From contig LPNZ01011617.1 in NCBI GenBank assembly GCA_001655205.1, positions 1-63,962 on the forward strand: 63,962 bases of DNA, given 5' to 3'. Positions 25,056-38,500 of this stretch are shown in pieces. The first letter of the stretch is position 1. Each line of letters opens with the position of its first letter. Position numbers and translations under genes: made by a program. The notes under the pieces are model-generated. The model worked only from the letters and a program-made list of their open reading frames with translations, ran no database searches and was not told the DNA's origin. The DNA comes from Lenisia limosa. Its lineage: Eukaryota; Protista; Breviatea.

Positions 25056-27042
25056 TCTAGTGGCTTCGGTACTCTTAAAGGCGGATTGGTGAGCCTTGAC
25101 CCACCGGATGGCGGGGAGGCTATCTAGGCGCCTACAAGCCTGGGAAATGGCCAGCGAAGGCGGCGTTCCTAGGGTGGGGTGACGTAGTCATGGCGTCATT
25201 GACGGCGCTCAATTACCCTGTTGTCACAGTGGATTGTAACTAGAGCTGTCGGTGGGTATTAGGATGGCGTGGAGGATAGTTAGTCCTTCAGTTGCGTATA
25301 TTGATGCTTCCATACTCGGTGGAGTGGATCTTGAAATTTCAATTTTCAGCTTTGGGATGAATATTCTATATCCTGTTTTACCCGATGTGGTGAGGGAACC
25401 GTCCGTGAAAAAGTCAACCGTTGCTGCTGCGGAGACAATCGGAATGAGAGGTGGGGGTGGATCGGGAGGAGGAGATGGCCTGTAGTGGGGCGCGATTCTT
25501 CCCTTATACTCCGAGGGGAGAGGCTTATGTTCTAGTAGCTCGAGAATCTTTGAGCATCGCCAACAACCGTGCGGACCTTCTGGCCAAGAAGGCGACATCG
25601 GGTCAAGGGGTCGAAGTAAGGGAACCACATCCTCTACCTCCTGACCGAATCACAAGGATCCCTCATCCTGTACTCATCATCACTGGAGGTCTCACCAGAA
25701 GGGACCCCAGGTCCGACGACCAGGGCCTTCTGCCTTGGTCACGCTTCCAGGACAGCGGAAGCTCACAGCCACCGGCTCCNNNNNNNNNNNNNNNNNNNNN
25801 NNNNNNNNNNNNNNNNNNNNNNNNNNNNNNNNNNNNNNNNNNNNNNNNNNNNNNNNNNNNNNNNNNNNNNNNNNNNNNNNNNNNNNNNNNNNNNNNNNNN
25901 NNNNNNNNNNNNNNNNNNNNNNNNNNNNNNNNNNNNNNNNNNNNNNNNNNNNNNNNNNNNNNNNNNNNNNNNNNNNNNNNNNNNNNNNNNNNNNNNNNNN
26001 NNNNNNNNNNNNNNNNNNNNNNNNNNNNNNNNNNNNNNNNNNNNNNNNNNNNNNNNNNNNNNNNNNNNNNNNNNATTGGCCCGTCCATCAAGACCATGAT
26101 CATGGATGCGCTCCTATTCCCAGCTCCGGAGACCAAGAAGAGAGCCATTTCGGCTTGCCGCGACCCCGTTGGCCTTTCTCGCTTGCCACCAGCAGTCCCT
26201 CGTCCAGGAATAAAGCTCCCCTTTTCAGTCACACCGGAGGCCTGGCTGCAGGAATCTGCCCTTGCCTCTCAAGGAGGACATGAGATCCCTTCTCGACTCC
26301 AAGGCACCGCTGCCAAATGCCCCTCCGGGTCTGGCAAACCCGCTGTGACCTCTTGGAGGAGGCTGGCCCGCCCAACAGACCAGTTGCGGTCCCTGAAAGC
26401 CCGTCCGTCACCATGGACACCATCGTCACCTTGATCCCTGGGCCCTCGCCAACACCTGTCCAACCATTGTCGTACTCCCTATCACCTTCATTGTCACCTT
26501 CGCCACCCCCATCACCTCCAATTCCTTGACCTCTATCGCGCCGCCTCCGACCCCGGACACCCACGGACTTCGACTTTGACATCGCCAGGGGGGTCATCAC
26601 GGGCAACCTCACCACCCACCCGATCATGACCTTCCATGGCCCTATATGTCCGTCGTTCCGGGAGTACCTGGGCTTATCTCACCTCACTAACCTCAACCAT
26701 GCTACTTCACCTGCGAAACTATCAAGGACCCCCTCTCGTCCCCCGGAAACAACAGCCCGGACACCCAAACTCTCCTTGGCAATGCCCACAAGAGCCCTGA
26801 GCCCCGGCTTGCTAACCTCTCAATGCACTACGCGCTACAGATCCCCACATACGCAATCTATACTGGCACAAACGAATTCATACCCAGGCTGGTATGTTTT
26901 GTCCAGTACATTTGGCACGGTTAAGTGTTCATCGAGGCGTTGCCAACCTCCACTCATGAAAATTAATCTTCCACCAGTCAAATAGTGGTGGAAACTCTTG
27001 TTGACAGTTGTTTTTGTTTTCAGAAGAAAAAAAAAGAAAAAA
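25056..27042. mobile_element. Degenerate, 5'-truncated non-LTR retrotransposon (RNase H-bearing) with an inverted 5' segment; right boundary uncertain
   Basis: GC-rich, intronless island. - strand 25059-25540 encodes FFTDGS...YATEGLTILHAI...(frameshift)IHCDN...IRWVKAHQ; + strand from 25541 continues RESLSIANNRADLLAKKAT. Stops and frameshifts present; A-rich tract at 27021-27042 is a possible tail; no convincing TSD; N gap 25780-26075. Confidence 0.75.
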
Positions 27043-27565
27043 ATTAGCGAGTAGGAAATTGAGTCACAGCAGTCACAGTTGAGTCATTTATTGTTGACAG
27101 CTTCAGTGTGTAGTTATGTAATTAGGTAATTATTCTATATGATATGATACTATATAGCTATACTATATATATATAACGATTATGCCAAAACAGTGGTGGA
27201 TGGTGGAAACCGGGTTTTGGAGAGTGGTGGCCCCTTGTGAAACTGCAAAGTCCCTGTGTCATCCGAGATGAAGAGACCAAGACCCTTCAAGATGCCTGAA
27301 ACCATATGGTCCTTCGTTTCAATGCATATTTTTTAAAAAGTACATGAGGATTGCAGCTGAATTGATAGATTGATACAGTCCAGGATCTTGGTGTATTTCC
27401 TGTGCAGTTTCAAGACTGCAAAAACAGGAATATCATATTTGTTCATGAAGTCCCTATTTGATCACGTTGAATTGGTGACAAAAATATTGCATTGCATTAC
27501 CTAAAGATGGAAAGAAACAAGAACCATGAGCACGACTACTCTACTCGGCAACAATACTGGAGGGT

Positions 27566-30500
27566 CTAACCAGTCAGACTGAACATTGCAAACTCATATC
27601 ATCATATCATCAACCAGCAAACATTGAATTGTCGTACACATAAGACTCGGCAAAACGATCAAACAGCGCGGCCATTGGGGGGAGCGTATGTGCGGGTGCG
27701 GAAAGGAGGTCAAGAGCGTTTTTGTTGGCGGCATGGGACCCGGCTTGGAGACCCTCTGCGCTGTCTGAACAGTGAGGATTCGAACATTAGGACCAATCAT
27801 GCACGCGACAAACCTTCCAAAGCAGTGTTCTTTGACTTGGTCATCGCATTACCGAATGTTCGGGTTATCAGCGATCCGGTTTTGTATTCCTGTGAGGTCA
27901 GAGGCAGGAAACGAAAAAGAAACGAGGGTATCAATTATTGGCCAAACCATAGGGTCATTTTGGGTGAAAGTCAACCTGGTGATTTCACCGGTTTCAGCAT
28001 TAATGGCTTTGAATTCATGGCGGTTGGTGAGGATGTGGAGGGTCTCGGGAGCTGCGGGTATATTAGTGAGGATGAAGAGGAATTGCCATCACATGAGACA
28101 AAACACAAACAAAGCAAAACTTTNNNNNNNNNNNNNNNNNNNNNNNNNNNNNNNNNNNNNNNNNNNNNNNNNNNNNNNNNNNNNNNNNNNNNNNNNNNNN
28201 NNNNNNNNNNNNNNNNNNNNNNNNNNNNNNNNNNNNNNNNNNNNNNNNNNNNNNNCATTTTGAGAAGGCAAGAGCGATGGAGTGCGTGTTGGTGGGAAGG
28301 TGGACTGTTTGAGTTGGCTCGGGGCCCTTCAACGGTTAGTTCAACGATATAGTGCAATTCTTCGGTGTTTAAAACAATAAAGGTGCGACGATTGTTTTTC
28401 ATATACCCCGGTACAATTTTAACCACAATATTATCTATCCTCAGGAGATAAAAATAGTTTTTTTTTTTATCAATTGCGCACTTAAAATGTATAATAAAAG
28501 TGACAAAAGCAAGCAGAATAATAAAACGTCCTTCCGCCTCGCATTGAACAACTCTGCTCACTGAATTAGAAAAGAAGAGGACGATGCATTCGGAGTTGCC
28601 GTTGACAACACTCACGGCGGCAGCGGCCTTGCTATCTTGCTCAACAAAGTGGTGTGGTGTGGAAACCATGTCTGCAGAGTAATGGCATTTCAAATGAAAA
28701 TATCGGCCCTTGGGTGCCCTCATCACATTCAAAAACTGTGTTTTTTTCATCCTCACCAATAACTTGAGAACCTTCTGGAAGGCTGGCAGACCACCAGGCG
28801 GTTGTGATGACCATGTTCCAACAGACAACATGACTACAAAGTCACTTCGGCCAAAAATAACGCGGAAGATAAAAAACATTCCGAACCTGTCGTGGCGGGT
28901 CATGATGTATCCTGTGTCGGCCATGAATTTGATAGCTCGGATAGGTCCGGCGGCGGGTTGTGACATTGAAGACAACATATGCATTGTGTCAGGGTTCCAC
29001 AGGGTGAGCGTCTGAAGGAAATTAGCGGGATAAGACGAATAACAGTTCGGGGTGCAGAGGAGCTGCTCATTACCTCCTCAAAAGCGATCGCCAGTACAGA
29101 GCCGTCCTTAGAGAACTCAAGGCAACGCGCCGGTCTATCTTTGTATGTGGCCGAGGCCTTGCAGAAAAAGGACGGACCGAGGCTTTTCGGATCTTGTGCC
29201 AACTGTGACGGAACCCAAATCTGCAGCGGTAATATGGCGCTTTCAAATTTTTATTGCAGAATGACTGATTTCACCACCCCCATACTTTGACAACACCCTC
29301 ATCATCAGACGAAGCAACCATGTTCTGCCGGGGGTGGAATGCCATTCCCGTTACCAGGCCCTGAAGAATAAGACGGGGAGTATGAAGAATAAGACGGGGG
29401 GTATGAAGGAAAAGAGCTTGTCTAAAATCGAACTTGAATTTTTTGATTTTGTTCATAAAAATATCATTTTTTATTTTAAAGTACAGCCGCTAAAAAACAT
29501 TCCACCATCCATTGTTAGATGAGCTGAAAAGAGCTATCCATCAAACTCTATGCGGTTCTGACACGCGGGCGAACTCCACATAGGCCTTGGACTGAGGGTG
29601 GGGAGCCCAAAGGCGCAGGGTCTGGAGGTGGCTCGACATCAGACTCATAACCGTCTAAAATGTGTGAGCACTGCAGCACAAATCCCTCAACACACCCGAT
29701 CCCATTGCACCCTGTCAACACCACACATGATCCCATCACACCCTGTCAACAGTACACAGGATTTGAGCATCTGATGAGAAGGCGGCGTGAAGAACGCGGT
29801 TGTAGGCGATAGGAGGAGGGGTATCGCCGCCCTTCATCTGTCTATTTGCGTCAAAGATCATCATAATCAGGATAGCGCCACATAACATATAAAAGCCCTC
29901 ATACACAGTACTCATTTGGACGTGCGGGGCCACGGTGAGATTGAACACAAACGCGTCACGTGAGAGATCGTAACTCTGCACACAGCCCGGGCCAGAGTTA
30001 AACAAAACCTGGGGGGGGGGGGNNNNNNNNNNNNNNNNNNNNNNNNNNNNNNNNNNNNNNNNNNNNNNNNNNNNNNNNNNNNNNNNNNNNNNNNNNNNNN
30101 NNNNNNNNNNNNNNNNNNNNNNNNNNNNNNNNNNNNNNNNNGTTTAACAACTAAAGGATTGACCAATATACCTGGTTTGTACCAGGGATGGTGACGAGCC
30201 CTGTACTGAGACGCTCAGCGCCAACATGCCCTAAAGAGTAAAAAAAGACACTGGCAAAGGTACAGCAAGACCAGCCCACCATGCTCTTTGATTCTGTTAG
30301 TCCTGGAAACCTTTGACAACGAACCACTGTTGATCACAAGTACCTCGGTTGCACCCAAAGCTGGAGGGTCAGTGAAAGAAGGGGCGGGAGAATGCTAAGC
30401 ATCAAGAAACCAAGCAAAGTTTACAAGGGAAGCCAGTACCCACCAAGGGCGTAGTACTTTTGGTTCGGGGAGACAGTGATGCCATTAATATGTCCGGCCA

Positions 30501-32545
30501 GGCGAGGGAGGAAGGACTTTTGCCCGGTTGTCAGATGCCACGAGATAAGAACGTTTTCACGACCACCAGTGAGAAGATACAACCCATCACTTGTGTGTGT
30601 CATGCTTTTGATCTGATAGTGAGAGAGGTAAATGTAAATGGGCCGGCTCCGTACCTTATATGAATGCCAATGCATGGTGGAGTAGTAACTGATCGTGTCG
30701 GATTCGCCAAACTGAGACTAAATAGCAATTAATCCCGACCTGGAATGGTGCCATAACAAAACTATCAGTCAAACCATGATATCAATGGGCAAAACCAGGC
30801 TCACCTTGGGGGGCGAGTCTTGGTACTTCCATGAGACAATGCGTCCAATGGAGTCGCCCAAAACCAGGACAGGCTCAGTGGGACTGAAGCTCAAGTTCGC
30901 CAGCGCGTTGATGTGTGAGAATCTAGGAGTCAGGCTGGTCTGAAGATGCAACAAAGAACGCAATGGTGACTAGCACAATGACCTACGATTTTGACTTGCC
31001 CGTTTTGATGTTCCAAAGAAGACAGCGCTTAGCCTGAAGAATGGCCAGGGTGTCTCGGCAGTAGGCAACTTTCTCAATCTTTTGACTACTCCAGTGAGTA
31101 ATAATGTGAAAATGTGAACAGGAAATTGAAGAATGAAATCCAGCAGATTGATGTCCCTCTTACCTGATTTTGTTGTAAAGGGACGTAACCATTCCCGAGA
31201 CAACGTCAAGACGCGTAATCTCTGTGAACTGCAGGGTGAACTAAAGACCTTTGTTGAAGCAAAAAAAAAAAAACAGAATGAACAACAAGCACCTTCTCCA
31301 ACACAAGCCCGACCAACGAATTTGTTTTCAACAGGAGTTTCAAGAACTAAAAGCACGGACTGCGAACCGGGAGGCCCATTCAGAACCTTGGGGGGTTAAC
31401 GGCGTGGGTGGGAAGTAAAATTAGAAAATGTTTGAAAAAAAAAGAAAAGAAAAAAAGCCCAAATCAACTNNNNNNNNNNNNNNNNNNNNNNNNNNNNNNN
31501 NNNNNNNNNNNNNNNNNNNNNNNNNNNNNNNNNNNNNNNNNNNNNNNNNNNNNNNNNNNNNNNNNNNNNNNNNNNNNNNNNNNNNNNNNNNNNACAATCT
31601 TCCTTCCCAAGTCAATCACCTAAAAAAAAAAAAATGAGAAACGCTCAACTAGCTGCAAGGAGAAATACAATAGAAACGGGGAACAAGAACGTACCTTCGT
31701 GACTCTGGACTCCATGTAGTCCCAAAGCATAACACGGCCGTCACGCGATGCTGAAATCAACTGGAAGGTGAGGAGGGGTGTGAGGAAATACCCAAACAAT
31801 CGCTAAAAACATCAAGCGCAGGAAGGTCGTGAAAGCGGACACAAGAAAAGAGAAGGTTGACCATGTCACTTCCTCCAATCCCCCTTTATCAATGGAAGGG
31901 AGGAACAAGAATGAACTGGGAAAAACAACAACAACAATAATAATTATAAAACAGAAAGCATTCCACCAACCTGGAAAGGGTTTGAAGGGTTGAGAGCCAA
32001 GCCGCTCACAGGGGCTGTGTGACGGTTCAGTTCCCTGGATTATCATGACAATAGTCATGCAAGAAAATTGACAAAATATAATTTGAGAGGGTCCAAACAA
32101 CTCACACTTTGAGAAATTATTGTTTTTATATTTCTTCATTTCAATCCCAATGCGCATCACCAGTCCACAACCTCCATACTTGTAGAGCTTGCCAGATAAA
32201 GTGGAGATCATCTTAATGATACTATCACAGATGCTGAACATGAACCTGGGACCATCAGATTAGACTCTTAAATCATAAAAGCTCATTTTTAACGAGAGGG
32301 GGACGCATAGAGAGGCCCCAGACCTGCTGTCATGGGAGAAAACAACTCCAGTATTCTCAAGTCCATGCCCTTGACCGAGGTCTTCTACGTCAGGAAGCTC
32401 AACAGGGGCAACATACTCCACCAGGTTGACGAGGGAAACGTTGTCTGAATTCAGCGGCTCCTAAAAGCCAATGAAATCTTATTCAGATGTATTTTTATAT
32501 CTTCATCAATACTAAACAAAGGCTTACAATGGCGACCTCGTCCAT
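27566..32545 (-). CDS. WDR75: WD40-repeat SSU processome t-UTP subunit (WDR75/UTP17/NAN1-like), multi-exon, several gaps
   Basis: HTSDGLYLLTGGRENVLISWHLTTGQKSFLPRLAGHINGITVSPNQKYYAL; VTGMAFHPRQNMVASSDDEGVVKVW; CLEFSKDGSVLAIAF; C-terminal LLSAPAHTLPPMAALFDRF. Confidence 0.85.
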
Positions 32546-32729
32546 TGTGAACGGAGGAAAACAAAGATTCACAAAACTACAAGATTTAACCTGTTGTTTA
32601 ACAAACTACACTTTAGGAACCACAACTTGTCGCTCAAAAAGAACATTTCTTTCCTCGAATTTGCTAAAAACGGATAACACTGGTCCAAAATAAACATTCC
32701 CCATCCAACTGCTCTCACTCATCTCTCAC

Positions 32730-35240
32730 TAGTTGAAGTGGAAATTGAGTGGCCTGATGTCATCAGGCGTACGTATTACAAATGCAGGGCTTCGGAAAGA
32801 CCAAGAGTTACGATTGCAGAATGCAGGAGTGAAGTCTATTCGTGTTTGTTTGCCTCTCCTTCTTCTTTCATCTTGCTCTTACAGTCTACTAATTTAGTAG
32901 GATATGATGGAAAAGGTTCCAGCTGAAATAGTGGTATGCAAGGATCCTAGTCTGTTATCACCTTCTGCGTTCACCCCGCTAAAGTCATTCAGTTTGAAGC
33001 ATCTATGTGCCAGTGTGAAGTTGATGAAGTTTATGAGAAGCTTTCCTCCAGGGTCATTCCAAGTGTTATGACGGTTGGCATTGGGTTGGAGCTGCCAGCG
33101 TTCTTGTAGATTTGCCAACATGCACTTTTAGCTGTTCCAAAATAATGAAGATTCTTAAGTGACCGTCAGGCTGACAAACTCCTTGGCGAACGTTGGTTTT
33201 TTCCCACTTCCCTTGGCCCGTTGGATGAGGCCCTTTCAGGAGGCCTCCCTTGTGGTACTCTCACGGAGGTTGGCAACCATGAAACAATTCTTATCTTCAA
33301 ACGTTGGCTTTGTTGAAGGCAAATTCCCTCTCCAGTTTATTCAGGGCCTATCCAAATAAGGGCACAAGAAATTCAGTTAAGTAGCAATAAATATAATTTT
33401 TGAAGTAAAGCCCACATATATTAGATTCTTAAAATAAAGCATGGACTTTTCACTTTTCGTATTCACCATCCAGGTTGTTGGACCAGCCGGGTATGTTTCC
33501 CACCTCATTAGTTAGTCACGTCATTGTAATTTTTTGTGCTACAAATATTACATGCCTGTAGTAAATGTCTAATTTCCTCCAGTGTTGGGAAAACACAGTT
33601 CAACCTTACTCTTACGGCTATATGTTCTTTTGGTTACGGTTGTGTTGGTAAGAGGGATTATTATCATCTCAAACAGGTTGATAAAAAGCACATTTCATCT
33701 TATACTTTTTACCTTACTAATTATTGTTAAGAGCCCAAAGATGTTCTGTATATTGACACCGAAGGTTCATTTAGTGCGCAAAGGTATAGTGGCGTGTTCT
33801 TAAATTGTCGTGTGCCCCCCCCCCCTTTCTTATTGCGTCGTAATATTTGACAATTTTGGGTTTTTTTTTTCCAAAATTATTTTTCTCAAGCTGAAATAGT
33901 GGTTTACTCCCTAATGATTCAGATTAATGGAGTTATTATCGATGCAAGGCATTCCACAGGGTAGGTCCAATTTACTCTTTAGGTAACCTTCCAAATCTTT
34001 ACCGTTTTAGTTCAAGTCCAAGAGGCGATCAAAAGAGTACATTTATTTTCCCCTCAATCCATGAAAGACCTGAATGAATTGTTTGCGTTTCCTATTGTTT
34101 ATGTTTGACATCCAACAATCTACCCACTATGAGCTGAGCTGTTATCATGAGGCACAAAATTACATAAATGTTCATACTATTCAATCAATACCAACTTTGT
34201 TCAGAGTTGACACAATGGAGGAACTTGTTATCAGTCATGATGTCAAGCTCATTATTGTTGATAGTGTTGCGGCTTTAGCAAGATCGGTAAGTCAAAAAGA
34301 ATATGTAATTTTACATTTGTGCAGGAATTTAATTCAGGGAACTCTGTCGAAAGGTCCCAGCACTTAGCTAACTTTGCCGGGCAATTAAAGTAGGAAAGCA
34401 AGGAGCGTTTTGTTCACCGCTTTAGAGACATATCAGCAACTTATGATTTGATTGTTGTGGTTTCCAATCAGGTCAAGAGAAGATTTTCCAAGGAGAAGAG
34501 TTTCAAATTTATACAAAATGAAGGTAATATATATGGATGAGTGCTTAATACTCATTTATTTTTGGAGGAAATAGTATTGTGTTGTCAAGAATACCGCATC
34601 TGTAACTTTGCAAAGTATCCTCAAAAATTGATTTCTGTTGTATTGAAGAGGTGTAGTGAAGTTCAGTTCAGCATTTTTTTTTTACAAGTCTTATGGCATC
34701 ATTTAGAGGCAGTCGATGGCAGAGATGACGAAGACGATGTGGCCCCTGCACTGGGGTAAGCAAGGGGATTGTGAGGAGACACATATATCATCATGTGTAA
34801 ATTCCGCGGTTTTAATCCTTTCAGGCCAACATGGGCACATTTACCTTCAGTTAGACTTCTGTTAGAGTATGACAGTTGGTGGGTTAACGTCTAATGAGCC
34901 CGTTTGTTTTGACATTATTATGAAATGTAAAAGGAAATACTGGCAACCTGAATGGGCATATCCGTTAATTCACCATTGTCAGTCATTCCCTTCTGATTTG
35001 CTGACCCTTTTTTTAGAGCTCTCTCCACACATCAGATGGGCAAGGATAGGAAAATGTCCATGTAAGCAGAACATTTTTGAAAAAAACCATTTCATTATTT
35101 ATTTGTCTTGGATGGACCTTCTTTCCCCTGTTGGCACTCATTCCATAGATGCAAATAATGTCAAAGTGCAGTTTGAGATTACAGCGGAAGGCCTGAATAC
35201 GGGCTCCTTACAACGTAAGTTTCCACTCTATGGAGTTTAA
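32730..35240 (+). CDS. RAD51B: RAD51 paralogue (RAD51B-like), multi-exon; start uncertain
   Basis: FPTSLGPLDEALSGGLPCGTLTEVVGPAGVGKTQF (Walker A); VKLIIVDSVAALAR (Walker B); IVVVSNQV; APALGPTWAHLPSVRLLLE; ARIGKCP; VQFEITAEGL. Confidence 0.8.
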
Positions 35241-35565
35241 TGACGGCAGGGGCTGGTGGAAGACACACCTCACTAAGAGGCAAAACGGTGTCTGCAATGA
35301 GACTTGTTTAGTACTCTTATGTTACTCGGTAAATCTGATGAAGTCAGCGGCGGCATGTAAACCCACTATATTTTCCATTTTGTGACATTTTAGGTTTGCT
35401 CAGACGCAGAATAAAATCCACTGTGTCACAGCAAGAAAGTTCTTGCTATTAATTATTATTTATTACAAAGAGGGGGGGTATTGTCCAACAAAAGTAAGAA
35501 GCTACATTACAAAGATCATTATCCACTCAATTTATGATCTCTTCTCTTGATTCTATTCAAGCCAT

Positions 35566-38500
35566 TCATGAATGAGTAACAAGAATGGTCTCTCTGACGT
35601 TACTCTGCCCATCCGTGTACTCTTCAGCAACTTGGCAGGTCATGTTCTGAATAATTAACATTTGATCTGGCTCAAACTTCAATCTCAAAAGCTAGGTTGT
35701 TCAAATACACCAACCTGTTCCTTGGCTTTTTTGGCCAAAAGAGCAGTGTTACCACCAAGACCGAAATAGTAACGCTTTGCTCCAAAAAAAGCAGACCCGG
35801 ACGGTTTCATTGTTCCCTTCACCGCCTGGTTGTAAAAGGTATTTCTAACAAACCCAATAGCAAGAACCAAGGCCCAAATTAGAAATTCAACAAACAGCCA
35901 ACCTTCATAAGAGCTGGAAGGCTGGATATCGAGTAGATCGTGTCGGTTGACAAAATATAGTCATAACCTAAACGGTAAGTAAAAAGCGAATTCTAAAATA
36001 AGCCAAAAAGCAGACCTTCAAACGCATTCTGCATCACGAGCTTATCAAAGAAATTCCAGTCCCCGCTGATAAAACGAGCATTGCCAACTTGCTGTCTGAA
36101 AGATAAAATGTAGGTGAACTGCTTTTTTGCTATGAGTAGTCTAGTTTTTCAAAGATAACATGGATACATTTTTATTCGTTCATTCAATTTGAGATTTCGT
36201 CTTGTTCTTTCATCTCAACGTTATTTTTATTCTGCGCTCTCTTTGAGAAATTAGGAGCCTGGTCGAAGCCATGGGAGTATATAATCTAAGCATGGGGAAA
36301 CATGGGTCACCCTTGCAAAATTTGGAGACATTTCAAGTGGAGTGGCTCGGATGCAGCCGCTATTTTGCAGAATCAAATATTTCAATGCTTAGATGAAAGA
36401 CTAGTACTTTGTTTCACTCAGCTTTTTGAACTTTGGGGCTAAAAGCGAGATGAGATGTGCACCGTTTGGATATAATGCTACTAACCTCTCTACTCCCCGT
36501 AAAAAACTGTTTAATTGAATAAAACTTGCATTTCCGAGAAGGAAGGCTCGAGAGAGCAAGCCAGCATTTGATGGATTTAGATATTTTCTTCATTTGATGG
36601 GGCAAATTACTGATTTCTCGACGTTCAATGCATCTCTTTCTCTTTCCTCTAAATGTTTGTATATTTCAACAACAATCAATTTAGAGAGCAAAGGATAGAG
36701 ATCAGGCGCACCCGAAAAAGAAAAATGAGAGATCACTTCAAACTTGTACAAGAACCTAAAAAGATCGATGCACATCTCAATATTGAATTATATAAGCCGC
36801 TCTTAGGAAGGCCTATTCTTCGATTATTAATCCGTTGATCCGAGACAGTTTTCCAAACTCTTGTGTATCCCAAGTTTCTTTTGCGTCAGAAAGTAAACGC
36901 TTTTCTTACCATTAGGAGATTTATATTTTTAGTAAATAGAAAGGGGTCGGGAAAGGACCGTTAAGTCACATTCCCAGAAGTAGAAATTCTAGTCAGGAGA
37001 TGCCAATGAAATGACAATCCCAACCCTTTCCGCCTCTGGAGTGCAATGAGGGTTCCGGGATTGGCCTCCTTGCCTGAGTGATCACAAGGATGGCTGACCA
37101 AGGTAAGTTTACGGTCTGGCGAAATGACCACACTGAAAAACCAGGGTTTGTGCCCAGGGAAAAATACGGATTATTTTATCTATTTTGTGTTCTGAAGGTA
37201 GAGACGAGTAAATCCGAATTTTGGTGGCTATTCTCTAGGAAGCCATGGTCGCAGGTTTGTGGTGAGTTAGGATACATACACCCGCTACAGATCAGATGAT
37301 AGAGTATCAAGTGTAAGATGAGCGCAGAGGGCCTTTGAGCCTGAAAACCCCCCTTATATTGGGTTGAACTTATTGGGTTATGCTTTGTTTTTTAAAATCC
37401 AAATGTTAATAAAACGTCAGCAAAATGCTAAGCTTCCTTTGTCCACATATATATTGTATATTTGATATAATATTTTACACCCCAGTATCATTTCAAGGGT
37501 CCCTGCTGACAATGTATTGTGCTCTTTCAGGTTCTTCAACATCGTTGGCACTGTTAACCTTGACAAGACCTCTTCGTTCTGCGTATTAAAGCGGAGGGTG
37601 AAAGTGTATTATATATGCTGTTATATATTTTTTTTGTAACAATTCCTTTTTTTTTTGAAATTTTCCTAAAACTAGTAAAACTGTCAAAAAAAAAACTAGT
37701 TAATTTGATAAAATCCTAATTTAATCGCACTAATACATATGATATGATATGATGCGTAAGCATATAACAAAAAGAAAAGCTCAAAACTGTTTTTTATTAG
37801 ATTCGACTGTTTTAGCCATAATATGACATTATCACTCCCCAACATACATAATCTTGAAAGTCAACCATTGCACCTTTCAACAGAGCATAAATACCAGGAA
37901 TACCAGCTCCACAGCCCAGCTACAGAGTAAGAAGATAGACTATTCATAATGTTACAGTAAATAATATTGGCTCTCTGACATCTAAAACACGTTTCCCTTC
38001 GAAGTCCACTTTCTTCTTGTCCATCCACTCGACCAGGTCAACAGCGCACTCCCAAATCTTGAAACCCCCTGGAGAGTCAACAAAGAACTACTATTTGGGT
38101 AACAATCGTAATGTCTGCTCCTTCCCCTAATCCTTGCCAACCCTCATAAACGCCTGGTTTCAGATCAGAGGTTTTGAGTAATCCTGCCAGGTCTGTTTCA
38201 GCCTGGAGACGGTGGATGTCCGAGACCTGATTAATTAGGAATGCTGAGTGATCAATTAGGAATAATGCTGAGTGGTTCTGATCAGTCACTCCTTATCTTC
38301 GGATTCACAGCAAAAGCATGTGATGAAAATATAAGTGGCAGCTATTCTTCCAAACAACAGTATCTAACAAGTGATGGAGTCAACAATAAATGTAAAACAT
38401 ATATGGTACATCAATTGGATCAAAGACATTTTGCTCTTCCTTTTCACATAATAAGGTCAACCCCGCACTCTTTTCAAAACAACAGCGCCATTGTTGAACT

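Noticed and set aside
25451-26434. 327-aa + strand ORF as an intact gene
   Set aside because: About 100 codons are N, its start is antisense to the inverted RNase H block, and neighbouring frames show stops and frameshifts. It is retroelement debris.
25040-27060. Target-site duplication around the retroelement (AAAAAATT on both sides)
   Set aside because: Low-complexity A-tract match, too weak to call.
36780-37100. In-frame TGA codons as selenocysteine or a recoded stop
   Set aside because: No Sec-type motif or SECIS recognised, and confidently identified genes in the window (RNF14-like, METTL18) end in TGA.
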